This document shows, one piece after another, positions 1-10,282 of a DNA stretch of 64,000 bases; within the stretch, counting starts at the first letter, position 1; each line of letters opens with the position of its first letter. The translations under genes and the position numbers were made by a program. The notes beneath the pieces are model-generated. The model was not told where the DNA came from. It made no database searches and saw nothing but the letters and a program-made list of their open reading frames with translations. The DNA comes from Dehalococcoidia bacterium (GTDB taxonomy: Bacteria > Chloroflexota > Dehalococcoidia > Lucifugimonadales > UBA3495). The stretch is taken from assembly GCA_022451925.1 (NCBI GenBank), contig JAKUNL010000003.1, positions 17,939-81,938 of the forward strand. Reading direction: 5' to 3'.

Positions 1-1560
1 TCCTTTTGACAACTTTCAACGACTGGGCGAACAAATCCGGTCGCTGCTGGTCGTACCAGGGACGATGGAGCCGGCCGACGGCATGATGGTGAGTAATCGT
101 TCCTCCTGAAGCAAGGATTGCATCAGACGCTGCTTGCTTAATCTCTGCGTACATCTCAAGCTCAGCTCCCAGTCGACCCATACCTTCGAAAGTGAAATAC
201 GGCGCTGGGCCATCCGTGTAGACGTGGGTAAACCTGCAAGAGACCGTACCACCACCGCAGACCCGATCAAGAGATTCTTGAAGGGCCGCCCGGACCTCAC
301 GGTCTAACTCAGGCCAACGGTCCCAAGTAACAGCAGTCTCCATAGTCTCAGTCACAAAACCAAGGCCTGCCTGGTGGTTCTTTACGTATGGCGCGTTCAA
401 AAACGAATCGCGCCAAGCCCCAACGGCTCCTTGGCGTCCAGTTTCTCCCTGGGAACGGCCACCTGAGCCATCCGACACCTTTATGTCACCATCACTGATG
501 GATCCACCCAGGTCGCGAGCAATCTTGACCGCATGTTGAATGAACTCTCCCTGGGGGATTTCAGCAGATTCAAACCCAAGCAGCAACAATGATTTGGTAC
601 CGTCCATCCCAGCAGCAGCGGCAGCTTCAACCGAGTCTAGCAGACGGCAATTTCCGGGCCAGAGTTTGGTCTGTACCACATGGCGAGCAGCTTCTGCTCC
701 GGCAGCGAAAGTGGGGAATGTCACTCCCGCCGATGCCCTAAACACCGGTCTGGCTTGAATCCTCATCCAGGCCTCAGTGATGATGCCCAGGATTCCCTCG
801 CTTCCGATTGCTATCCGGTCCGGGCTGGGGCCAGCTCCGCTGCCCGGCAAACGTCTGGACTCCCAGATACCAGCTGGAGTGACCATACGAACCGACTCAA
901 CCATGTCATCAATATGAGTTTGGTTTGTGGCGTAGTGTCCTCCAGAACGAGTGGCGATCCAACCTCCTAGAGTGGAGAACTCAAAGCTCTGAGGATAATG
1001 ACGCATTGTGAAACCATGGAGGCGTAATTGTGACTCCAGGGCGGGACCATAAATTCCGCCCTGTATCCGAGCTGAGCGAGATACCGCATCAATCTCCAGA
1101 ACTTGATTCAGCCCCTCTAAATCGATAGTTACGATACCATCATATTCCTCAGGTGGCTCGAAACCTGCCACAGTGGAACTACCGCCGCCAAATGGTATAG
1201 CTGCGTATCCGGAAGTGGAACACCATTCCAACACAGCCTCCACCTCCCGTTCGTTACGAGGACGAGCAATTACATCGGGAGGGTTCGGGAAATCGATGTT
1301 AAACGCGCGTATACGGTCCCTAAAGCTGCGACCATAGGTGTGCACAGCCCGATCGTGGTCATCACTGACGCAGATATCAGCTAAAGCTGAAGGAGGTGTG
1401 ATGCGGGGTTTCCGAAGAGATAATACCGACGATTTGGGTGGAGATACTGGTTTCAAACTAACCTTATATCTTGCGGCCAGTTCTTCCGCCGCCTTCTTCA
1501 TTTGTTCAGCGGTCGGTTCGTCTGACGCATTCCCCCAGGCCCAGAAACTTCGTCTGGCCA
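1..1560 (-). CDS. FAD-binding oxidoreductase, alkyl-DHAP synthase (AGPS)-like; C-terminus runs off the left edge of the window
   Basis: Not in the supplied ORF track because it is open at the window edge. My own translation from the ATG at 1560-1558 gives an uninterrupted 520-codon frame: MARRSFWAWGN...IPFGGGSSTVAG...QSFEFSTLGGWIATRSGGHY...SEGILGIITEAWMRI...GGTITHHHAVGRLHRPWY. These are FAD_binding_4 plus FAD-linked-oxidase C-terminal signatures. Confidence 0.8.
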
Positions 1561-1739
1561 TAGACTTCTCCTATCCGTTACCTTGACCTATCTCTAAGAA
1601 CATTTCTGAATCGGTTACTGTGTTGTAGCAGAGAAGGTTCTTCCTCAATTGGAACGAGCTCCATCGAACAATAGCCGAGTCTAAATCTTGCTCATTCGAC
1701 AGTCTCAAGATGAACTTGCAGAGAATCAGTGCTATGGGG

Positions 1740-2027
1740 CTAGTCGGCCATCTCAAAGCGCTCGTTCTCGGCTGGTTTAGACCACATCTCCCCAGCACCA
1801 GCCATAGCCGCCGCGCGCTCGGGGCTGGCACGCCAGGCATCGTATATCTCATTTGAATCCCATGTCACCAAAGTGGATATCTTGGTGGGATCGTCCTGCG
1901 ATATGAAGGTCAACCGCATGCCGTAGCCGGGAGCCTTGCTCTGTGCCAAACCGTTGCCGTCAAGCATATTCTTGGCTTCTTCGATCTTATCGGGTTTTGC
2001 CCAGTGGTGGGTAAGTACGCCAATCAT
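1740..2027 (-). CDS. Antibiotic-biosynthesis-monooxygenase (ABM)-like small protein
   Basis: The track ORF 1740..2174 overlaps the nhaA 3' end. An internal ATG at 2027 is preceded by AGGAG (revcomp of ctcct at about 2037-2041). The product MIGVLTHHWAKPDKIEEAK...LVTWDSNEIYDAWRASPER is about 95 aa with an ABM-like fold pattern. Confidence 0.6.
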   Translation of the reverse strand: MIGVLTHHWAKPDKIEEAKNMLDGNGLAQSKAPGYGMRLTFISQDDPTKISTLVTWDSNEIYDAWRASPERAAAMAGAGEMWSKPAENERFEMAD

Positions 2028-2103
2028 CGTTCTTGGCTCCTGATAATCATATTGGAAACTGTGGAGAACCCTAGTTAGACCACAGTTTTCAGGCGAGAGT
2101 ATA

Positions 2104-3303
2104 TCACTTGTCTGTACCGTCTTTGACTTTGAGTATACGTCCAAATATAAAGGCGATAAGAGCCGCGCCAGCACTTAGCACCGCACCCATCTTGGCTGGG
2201 TCCTGAAACACAGGATCTTCGTAAGCCTTGCCCGCGACAAATAATGCCACCGTCAAACCTAGACCAGCTATGATTGCCGCAACAAATAAATGTCGGACCC
2301 CCATGCCCTCTGGCAAAGGGAACCCAAGTTTTACCCCAACCCAAGAAAATAGGGTGATGCCAATAGCCTTACCGACAATCAGAGCCATTATCACAATCAA
2401 CGTGACTTCGGTAATGCTACTAAACGCCACTCCAGCGTTTGCAAACGCGAAGAAGAACAAGCCAAAATCCACAGGCAGCTTGAGCTGATGTTCAAAATCG
2501 TCCAGAGGCGCATGTTGATGCTGCAAACCCACTGGTTCACGAACATCACTCTCGTCGCTGGGATGGCCGTGTTCTAACTCATAACTGTCATCTTGATACA
2601 AATCATGGCCATTCGAATGGCCCGGCAAAAACGGGACAATGACCACCAATGCCAAAGCTGGCTCAATTCCAGACTTCACTAGGCCAACCCAACTTAACCC
2701 ACCGGCAATCAAGATGTAGAACGGCCAAGATCTTACGCCGAACCGCCGCATGGCATAAGCCGCCACCATGCCAGTAACTACCAACAGAAGCCAACTTGGA
2801 GCCACCGGATGGTCGGGATCCGGATAGAACACAGCAATAATACCAAGACCTATAGCATCGTCAGCCACGGCCAGCAAGAGGAGAAAATTAATCGCAGGAT
2901 GACCGTTTCCAAAAATAACTCGCGCCACCAACCATGCTAGAGCTATGTCGGTCGCAGTGGGTATCCCCCATCCGTTGGCAACAGTGCCAAAATCACCAGA
3001 CCCACCATAGAATATCCATGCCAATAGAAAGAACGTCCCCGCCGGTCCAAAGACACCTCCAAGAGTGCCCATCAAGGGATTTAGAGCCTTCCGAATGGGA
3101 TTCAGCGCACCGCCTGGCAGGACAGACTCGGTAATTTCCTTGGTGGCAATACCAAAAAAGAACACCATGAAAATCTCATTAATGAGAAAGTGGACGGTTA
3201 CTGACTTACCGAATATCTTGGCTTCGTCACCAAAGATATGGAAATCCACCATCTCTTCATAGGCGTGGATATCAACGTTGGCAAAAACCAAGCCAGCAAT
3301 CAC
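2104..3303 (-). CDS. nhaA: Na+/H+ antiporter NhaA
   Basis: 399-aa polytopic membrane ORF. It carries the NhaA hallmark WGIPTATDIALA and the LINEIFMVFFFGIATKEI helix. The 5' end is uncertain (see findings): the frame stays open upstream to 3372 without an ATG, GTG or TTG. Confidence 0.85.
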   Translation of the reverse strand: MIAGLVFANVDIHAYEEMVDFHIFGDEAKIFGKSVTVHFLINEIFMVFFFGIATKEITESVLPGGALNPIRKALNPLMGTLGGVFGPAGTFFLLAWIFYGGSGDFGTVANGWGIPTATDIALAWLVARVIFGNGHPAINFLLLLAVADDAIGLGIIAVFYPDPDHPVAPSWLLLVVTGMVAAYAMRRFGVRSWPFYILIAGGLSWVGLVKSGIEPALALVVIVPFLPGHSNGHDLYQDDSYELEHGHPSDESDVREPVGLQHQHAPLDDFEHQLKLPVDFGLFFFAFANAGVAFSSITEVTLIVIMALIVGKAIGITLFSWVGVKLGFPLPEGMGVRHLFVAAIIAGLGLTVALFVAGKAYEDPVFQDPAKMGAVLSAGAALIAFIFGRILKVKDGTDK

Positions 3304-3610
3304 TCCAACTATTAGCGGGACTGAGTACTGTTGCAGTAGGTTTATATAATGAGCGCGGAACAGGATAGTGTCCTAGTAATTCATAGAGCCAAAACGATTT
3401 CGAAGGCTCTTAAGTATCGAATCTGTTTATGTCATTCGTCCAGCCGTCAACCACTCAAAAATAGACGGACAATCCAAATTATATCATCCAGACCCCAGAT
3501 CATATAACGACCTCATCCAAATTCAAGCTTAAGTTGAACCCAGTTTTAATCGGCCTGTTTCAAACATCTTATCTAGGCTCGCTAAGACCTTCATGCAGGC
3601 GTGACGCAAG

Positions 3611-3639
3611 TTGACATCCCATAGGGCCTTTGTTACCAT
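3611..3639 (+). promoter_or_regulatory. Candidate sigma70-type promoter for the thrC-like operon
   Basis: TTGACA (3611-3616), a 17-nt spacer, then TACCAT (3634-3639), about 80 nt upstream of the GTG start at 3721. Confidence 0.35.
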
Positions 3640-3720
3640 CACGCCCACCCCTTAAACGCTGATGTAGTACCTATTTGGGCTTGTGCGCCGGCCATAATTG
3701 GCCAGGAGGAACCGAACGCG

Positions 3721-4998
3721 GTGGCTTTCATAAATGGACTAAAATGTCGCGAATGCGGCAGAGAATATTCCGCAGAACCGCTGAACGTATGTGAATTCTG
3801 CTTTGGCCCTTTGGAAGTGGTCTACGATTACGCAACCATCTCCGAAGTGGTCAGTCAAGACAGTATCGCCAAGGGCCCCCTCAGCATCTGGCGATACAAA
3901 GACCTGCTCCCGGCACAAGGCGACGACCCAGTTGACATCATGGCCGGGTACACGCCCTTGATTAAAGCCAAAGGGCTAGGCAAACAACTAGGCCTCAACA
4001 ACCTCTATATTAAAAACGATAGTGTAAACCCCTCGTTCTCATTCAAAGACCGCGTTGTCTCAGTTGCGGCAACCAAGGCTCTTGAATTTGGATACGAGAC
4101 CATAGCATGCGCTTCCACCGGAAACTTGGCGTGCAGTGTAGCAGCTCACTGCGCTCGCGCTGGAGTTCGGGCCGTGGTATTCATCCCCTCCAACCTAGAA
4201 CGAGGCAAGATCGTAGGTGCTGCTATCTACAATCCCATCCTAGTTTCTGTCGACGGCACATACGACCAGGTCAACCGGCTTTGCAGCGAGTTAGCCGATG
4301 ACTATCCTTGGGCGTTCGTAAATATCAACATGCGCCCCTACTATGCAGAAGGCAGCAAAACCCTGGGCTACGAGGTAGCGGAACAGTTAGACTGGAGACT
4401 GCCCGACCATGTAGTGGTACCTTCAGCATCCGGAGCCATGTTCACCAAGATCTGGAAAGGCTTTAATGAACTGGCTTGCCTTGGTTTGTTGGACGGCGTG
4501 GAGTCCAGCTCCTTCGGAGTGGATCAGAACACCGTCCACCACCCAGCGGTAAAAACCAAGATGCACATGCAGCAGGCCGAAGGATGCTCGCCCATAGCCA
4601 CCGCCTGGAGCAATAAACAGTCCCAGGTCATCCCTGTCCAACCAGACAGTCTGGCCAAATCTTTGGCCATCGGCAATCCAGCCGATGGCATCTACGCTAT
4701 AAAAGTGATAGAGAAATCCGAAGGATCCGCCTATGCAGTCCCGGAATCTGAGATAGTCAACGGCATCAAGCTTCTGGCCGAGACTGAAGGTATTTTCACC
4801 GAAACAGCTGGCGGTGTCACGGTCTCAGGGTTGAAGAAGCTTGCCGAATCAGGGGCAATCAAATCAGACGAATTAACCGTTGTTTATATCACTGGCAATG
4901 GTCTCAAGACCATAGAAGCGGTGGAAGAAGTAGTGGACCCATTAGACATTAAACCGAGCATGCGTTCTTTCGAAGAAATGTTCCAAGGGGCCAAGTAA
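3721..4998 (+). CDS. thrC: Threonine synthase family PLP enzyme with N-terminal Cys4 zinc ribbon (function may not be threonine synthesis; see findings)
   Basis: 425 aa with a GTG start and AGGAGG 11 nt upstream. The N-terminus is CRECGREYSAEPLNVCEFC. The PLP-lysine motif is NPSFSFKDRVVS, and ITGNGLK lies near the C-terminus. Confidence 0.8.
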   Translation: MAFINGLKCRECGREYSAEPLNVCEFCFGPLEVVYDYATISEVVSQDSIAKGPLSIWRYKDLLPAQGDDPVDIMAGYTPLIKAKGLGKQLGLNNLYIKNDSVNPSFSFKDRVVSVAATKALEFGYETIACASTGNLACSVAAHCARAGVRAVVFIPSNLERGKIVGAAIYNPILVSVDGTYDQVNRLCSELADDYPWAFVNINMRPYYAEGSKTLGYEVAEQLDWRLPDHVVVPSASGAMFTKIWKGFNELACLGLLDGVESSSFGVDQNTVHHPAVKTKMHMQQAEGCSPIATAWSNKQSQVIPVQPDSLAKSLAIGNPADGIYAIKVIEKSEGSAYAVPESEIVNGIKLLAETEGIFTETAGGVTVSGLKKLAESGAIKSDELTVVYITGNGLKTIEAVEEVVDPLDIKPSMRSFEEMFQGAK

Positions 4999-5041
4999 CA
5001 AGGCCTATACAACACGAGAATAAGCAGAGGGGTGTTCGTGT

Positions 5042-5284
5042 ATGGGTAAGCAGCGTGTGAAGTTCACCTTTGAAGAAACGTTGGTCAAGGAGCCAGTGAT
5101 CTACGAGTTGGGTCGCAAGTTCAAGATCGTGACCAATATTCGTCGAGCCGAGGTCGGCGAAACACTGGGTTGGGTAGTCTTGGAACTAGACGGCGAAGAA
5201 TCAGAGATCCAGAGTGGACTGGAATGGGTTAGTTCTACAGGTGTAAGAGTAGATCCACTTGGCGGGGATGTAATTGATGGGTAG
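5042..5284 (+). CDS. Standalone NIL-domain protein (MetN C-terminal-like ferredoxin-fold domain)
   Basis: 80 aa: VKFTFEETLVKEPVIYELGRKFKIVTNIRRAEVGETLGWVVLELDGEESEIQSGLEWV. This matches the NIL-domain pattern. A GAGGGG SD lies upstream, and the gene starts 43 nt after the thrC-like stop. Confidence 0.65.
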   Translation: MGKQRVKFTFEETLVKEPVIYELGRKFKIVTNIRRAEVGETLGWVVLELDGEESEIQSGLEWVSSTGVRVDPLGGDVIDG

Positions 5285-5369
5285 AAATCGATTCTGCCTT
5301 GGGCGCCTCTTCAAAAGGCGCAAAATAAGTGCATAGTAAGGCGATTGAACCAGCAGGAGGGTTTTCCAG

Positions 5370-5648
5370 ATGAGCGTCGTGGTCCGAATTCCCACGCCCC
5401 TAAGGCGTATGACCAACGGTAAAGATAAAGTTGAAGTAGAGTCCACCGTTCTAGGTGAACTGGTTGATAAACTAAACGCAGAATTCCCCGGATTCAAAGA
5501 CCGTCTGGTTGACGAAGAGGGCGAACTCAGATACTTCGTGAATATATACTTAAACGGCGAAGACGTTCGGTTCATGGACGGACTGGGTACTGCCACCAGC
5601 GACGGAGATGAGATTAGCATTGTCCCTGCGGTTGCCGGCGGCTTCTGA
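5370..5648 (+). CDS. MoaD/ThiS/CysO-type ubiquitin-like sulfur carrier protein ending ...AVAGGF
   Basis: 92 aa with an AGGAGG SD. The pattern is beta-grasp-like (YFVNIYLNGEDV...GDEISIVPAVAGGF). One extra residue (Phe) follows the C-terminal Gly-Gly. Confidence 0.75.
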   Translation: MSVVVRIPTPLRRMTNGKDKVEVESTVLGELVDKLNAEFPGFKDRLVDEEGELRYFVNIYLNGEDVRFMDGLGTATSDGDEISIVPAVAGGF

Positions 5649-5720
5649 TATCCCAAGGTAGTGACCAAACTAGGTTACTACGGTCAGAAACCCCTATACG
5701 TACTGCCTGCAGTAGAACGA

Positions 5721-6935
<1,215 letters not shown>

Positions 6936-7098
6936 TTACTCTGTTACGGACGTCATTACGAATAAGAGTTATAAGACCGGACTATGGTATCCTCTACGAG
7001 CCGAGGCATTCAACCATCCTAAACACCGACCAGGCCATAAACTGACTCATTACGATCAGAGGTTAAAGACCTTCAGGTCAACGCCCGGTCGCCCCACG

Positions 7099-7272
7099 AT
7101 GAACGAGTTCCTAATCAATTTTAGCTCCGACCATACCTTTCTCTGGGCATTCCTAATCATTGGGTCTATTGGTGCTTCTGCAATCGTCCTTCATTTTTCT
7201 TGGACCGGTGTCTTCCGAGTAATTGACCTCCTGCGTGGCAACAGGAGCAATAACGATAGGAGTGACCCCTAA
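7099..7272 (+). CDS. Possible small single-TM protein (57 aa) abutting the TauE gene
   Basis: Below the 60-aa cutoff of the ORF track. The ATG at 7099 gives MNEFLINFSSDHTFLWAFLIIGSIGASAIVLHFSWTGVFRVIDLLRGNRSNNDRSDP. The TAA at 7270-7272 lies 1 nt before the ATG at 7274. No clear SD is present. Confidence 0.2.
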   Translation: MNEFLINFSSDHTFLWAFLIIGSIGASAIVLHFSWTGVFRVIDLLRGNRSNNDRSDP

Positions 7273-7273
7273 C

Positions 7274-8311
7274 ATGTGGTTCCCTAACGCAGAGGTCACC
7301 GTCAATCCAGCGCTCTTACTGCTATTAGGAGTGATGGTCGGAACATTGAGCGGATTCTTTGGCGTAGGTGGCGGGTTCCTCATTACAGGTGGACTACTCG
7401 TCTTCGGAGTCCCTCCAGTATTTGCCGTAGGAACCGGTTTAGCCCTAATCATGGGCTCATCGATAATCAACACACTCAAGCATAGACACCTAGGCCACGT
7501 GGACCTTAGGTTAGGGATGCTGATGCTGGTCGGGACGATTCCGGGCGTATTTCTTGCCGAGCAGTTGAACTCCGCTTTGGAAGAGGCGGGCGTCATGGGT
7601 CCAGTGATTCGTTACGTTTACATCCTGTTTTTGGGAGCCCTGGGAGGATTCATTGTAAATGATTATTTCAAAGTTCGGAGAGCTTCCAAATCTGGCGGAG
7701 AAGTGATCTCCACAGCGTCGTTAGCCCTACGAGTCCAGGCCATGCGGATCCCGCCCCATTCCTTATGGTTGCCAGGAAAAGGGTCTGTCTCTACCTACGT
7801 ATCTCTTCCTGTATCGAAAATAGAAAACCTATCAATGTTCATTCCGATAACAGTGGGGTTCGCCGTGGGATTTTTCGCCGGCTTATTGGGCGCCGGCGGA
7901 GGCTTCCTACTCATGCCAGCGCTGATATTTGGGCTAGGCGTGCCCACAACCGTAGCTATTGGAACCGACCTTTTTCAAATCATCGTAACGGGTTCCTGGG
8001 GAACGTTCATATACGCCATATCACACAGCGTAGATCCAAAGATGGCTATCTTCATGCTCACAGCAGCGTCAGTGGGTTCCCAATTAGGAACCACTGCCAC
8101 AAACTTCGTCGAACCAGCACGAATTCGCATCCTCTACGGCATCACGATATTAGGCGGCGGATTAGCAGTGGCCCTAGAGCAGGTTTCCACATTCGCGGAA
8201 AGATTGGGGTTCTTTTCCAACTTAGCCTCAGTCGTTCTCCTAAGTATCGCCGGGGCAATGTGCTTGATCATCATGGCCATGATGATCGTAGCCAAACGAG
8301 AGAAGCAGTAG
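7274..8311 (+). CDS. TauE/SafE (DUF81) family sulfite/anion exporter-type permease
   Basis: It has two repeats of the family motif (GVGGGFLITGGLLVFGVP and GAGGGFLLMPALIFGLGVP). I prefer the ATG at 7274, which has an AGGAG about 11 nt upstream, over the TTG at 7223 given in the track. Confidence 0.8.
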   Translation: MWFPNAEVTVNPALLLLLGVMVGTLSGFFGVGGGFLITGGLLVFGVPPVFAVGTGLALIMGSSIINTLKHRHLGHVDLRLGMLMLVGTIPGVFLAEQLNSALEEAGVMGPVIRYVYILFLGALGGFIVNDYFKVRRASKSGGEVISTASLALRVQAMRIPPHSLWLPGKGSVSTYVSLPVSKIENLSMFIPITVGFAVGFFAGLLGAGGGFLLMPALIFGLGVPTTVAIGTDLFQIIVTGSWGTFIYAISHSVDPKMAIFMLTAASVGSQLGTTATNFVEPARIRILYGITILGGGLAVALEQVSTFAERLGFFSNLASVVLLSIAGAMCLIIMAMMIVAKREKQ

Positions 8312-8335
8312 TAAACGTTTGTCCCAGCATTACGT

Positions 8336-9436
8336 TTAACTGGCTAACCCTCGGACAGTCCTCTCCACCAGTTCCTCGGGAACATCAGTCCTGACAACCG
8401 ATCGACCTACATCTTCCAGCATTACCCAACGCTTGGAGCCGCCCTGAACTTTTTTATCTAGAGACATTCCTTCCAAGATTGCGTCCACATTCAATCCCTT
8501 GGCTGAAGTCGGCAGGTTGAACCGCTCAAGGATGACCCGCTGTCGATCCACTAGATCTTGCGAATGTAACCCCATCTCATGGGCCATAGTTGCAGCTCCC
8601 ATCATGCCAACGGAAACACCCTCTCCGTGGAAAAACGTGCCATATTCAGTGGTCGACTCCAGCGCATGCCCGATGGTATGACCGTAGTTCAGCATAATAC
8701 GAATGCCCAAAGTCTCCCGTTCATCCTGGCTAACAACGTCGGCCTTAATTGCCATGCTACGGCGAATAACGTCAGTCGAAATCTCTGGCTCCACGTTCAT
8801 CAGGGCTTCAGCATGTTCTTCAAACACGTCTACCAAGCTAGCATCGAGAATAAAGCCATGCTTTATCGCCTCAGCCCACCCTTCAGACAACTCTCTTTTG
8901 CCAAGGGTGGAAAGTGTCTGAACATCAGCAAACACTCCTTTTGGTTGGTAGAATGCGCCGACCAGATTCTTGGCCTCAGGTAGGTTGATAGCGACCTTGC
9001 CACCGATAGACGCATCGACCATTGCCGCCATACTGGTCGGAACTTGGACGAAAGCCATTCCCCTCAGATAGGTGGCAGCGACAAAACCGCCCAAGTCACC
9101 GGCGACACCGCCACCAACACTGACGATGGTGTGACCGCGCTCGGCCTTCAGTCCCGCCAGCCAGGTATAAATGGCTTGGGCCAGATCAAAGCTCTTGCTC
9201 GTCTCTCCGGCAGGAATAATGAAACAATGGGCAGCGATACCTCGCTTTTGTAATGCACGTTGCACGTTCCGACCATAAAGGTTCATCACGTTAGAATCTG
9301 AAATTATATAAGCTGTGTTGGTCAATCCAAGGTCCGTAAACCGGTCACCGAGGGAATCAATCAGCCCCCAACCAGCAACCACCGGATAGGAACCGCCTGC
9401 GTGATGTACTTCTGCCGCTAGATCTATGTCTGCCAT
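8336..9436 (-). CDS. aroB: 3-dehydroquinate synthase
   Basis: It carries GGGVAGDLGGFVAATYLRG and NYGHTIGHALE. I prefer the internal ATG at 9436 (MADIDLAAEV...) with a GGAG upstream; the 36-aa N-terminal extension in the track looks non-coding. Confidence 0.92.
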   Translation of the reverse strand: MADIDLAAEVHHAGGSYPVVAGWGLIDSLGDRFTDLGLTNTAYIISDSNVMNLYGRNVQRALQKRGIAAHCFIIPAGETSKSFDLAQAIYTWLAGLKAERGHTIVSVGGGVAGDLGGFVAATYLRGMAFVQVPTSMAAMVDASIGGKVAINLPEAKNLVGAFYQPKGVFADVQTLSTLGKRELSEGWAEAIKHGFILDASLVDVFEEHAEALMNVEPEISTDVIRRSMAIKADVVSQDERETLGIRIMLNYGHTIGHALESTTEYGTFFHGEGVSVGMMGAATMAHEMGLHSQDLVDRQRVILERFNLPTSAKGLNVDAILEGMSLDKKVQGGSKRWVMLEDVGRSVVRTDVPEELVERTVRGLAS

Positions 9437-9703
9437 TTTATGGTCTCCGTAATTTTCAGGTAGGGGAAGGTTCCGAGCCTTATACCGATATAGAAACGAT
9501 ACATGAACCTTAGTCGATTTAATACTACCTGGTTCAATTAACAAACTACTGATGGGGATTATGTTCCGCCGATCGCGATGGATGTCTCACGACTCTAGCT
9601 ATAAAACGCACTAGAAAACTGCAGGCCTAAGGCTCTTTCAGAATGTGATGGTGAAGGCAAAAATAGTACTATAAGAATACGCCCACTGAGATATGACACC
9701 AAA

Positions 9704-10252
9704 TCATATGTATTGTCGGATTCCTGGCCCACATATCTTCAAAACTACCTGAGCCACCTGGTCTGGAGTTAGTCCGTCTGTCTCCACGGTATGGTGAGCC
9801 TGGGAATACATCGGCATCCTTTCTTCAAGCAGGTCTACGATCCGCTGCAACGGATTACCAGCCCCTAGCAATGGACGCACCGGGGCATTTGGATTACCTC
9901 TAGTCACTCGATAGTGAATTGTCTCTGGACGGGCGCTGAGATAAAAAACCACGCCGCGATCCAACATCGTCCGTCGGTTAACGTCATCAATGAAAGACCC
10001 GCCGCCAACCGCTACGATACGGCAACTCTCTGAGCAGATGTCGGCCACAACTGACCGTTCAAGTTCCCGAAATGCGTCCTCTCCCGAATCCTTAAAAATC
10101 TCGGCGATGGGTTTCCTGGCCCGGGCCACTATCTCTTCGTCCGCGTCAATCCTAGGCCAATGGCAGCGGCGTGATATTGCCCTGGCCACACTGCTCTTGC
10201 CCGAGGCCATGAAACCTACAAGGATTATGTTCCGCACTTGATCTGCTTGCAT
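9704..10252 (-). CDS. aroK: Shikimate kinase
   Basis: 182 aa with the P-loop LVGFMASGKSSVARAIS, lying upstream of aroB on the same strand. Confidence 0.9.
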   Translation of the reverse strand: MQADQVRNIILVGFMASGKSSVARAISRRCHWPRIDADEEIVARARKPIAEIFKDSGEDAFRELERSVVADICSESCRIVAVGGGSFIDDVNRRTMLDRGVVFYLSARPETIHYRVTRGNPNAPVRPLLGAGNPLQRIVDLLEERMPMYSQAHHTVETDGLTPDQVAQVVLKICGPGIRQYI

Positions 10253-10282
10253 AGTTCGAGCTCAGCCCAAAGGGTCACCGAA

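Noticed and set aside
16-1586. Short ORFs 16..300 (-), 540..758 (+), 680..970 (+) and 1338..1586 (+) from the track
   Set aside because: All lie inside or out of frame with the 520-codon AGPS-like FAD-oxidase frame, which the track omitted because it is open at the window edge.
3640-3720. SAM or other riboswitch in the leader of the thrC-like operon, and likewise upstream of metF at 48611-48758
   Set aside because: The leaders are short (about 80-150 nt). I could not recognise the SAM-I, SAM-II or SAM-IV core sequences or T-box elements. Only a small GGCCA-taat-TGGCC hairpin lies near the SD. An Infernal scan would be needed to be sure.
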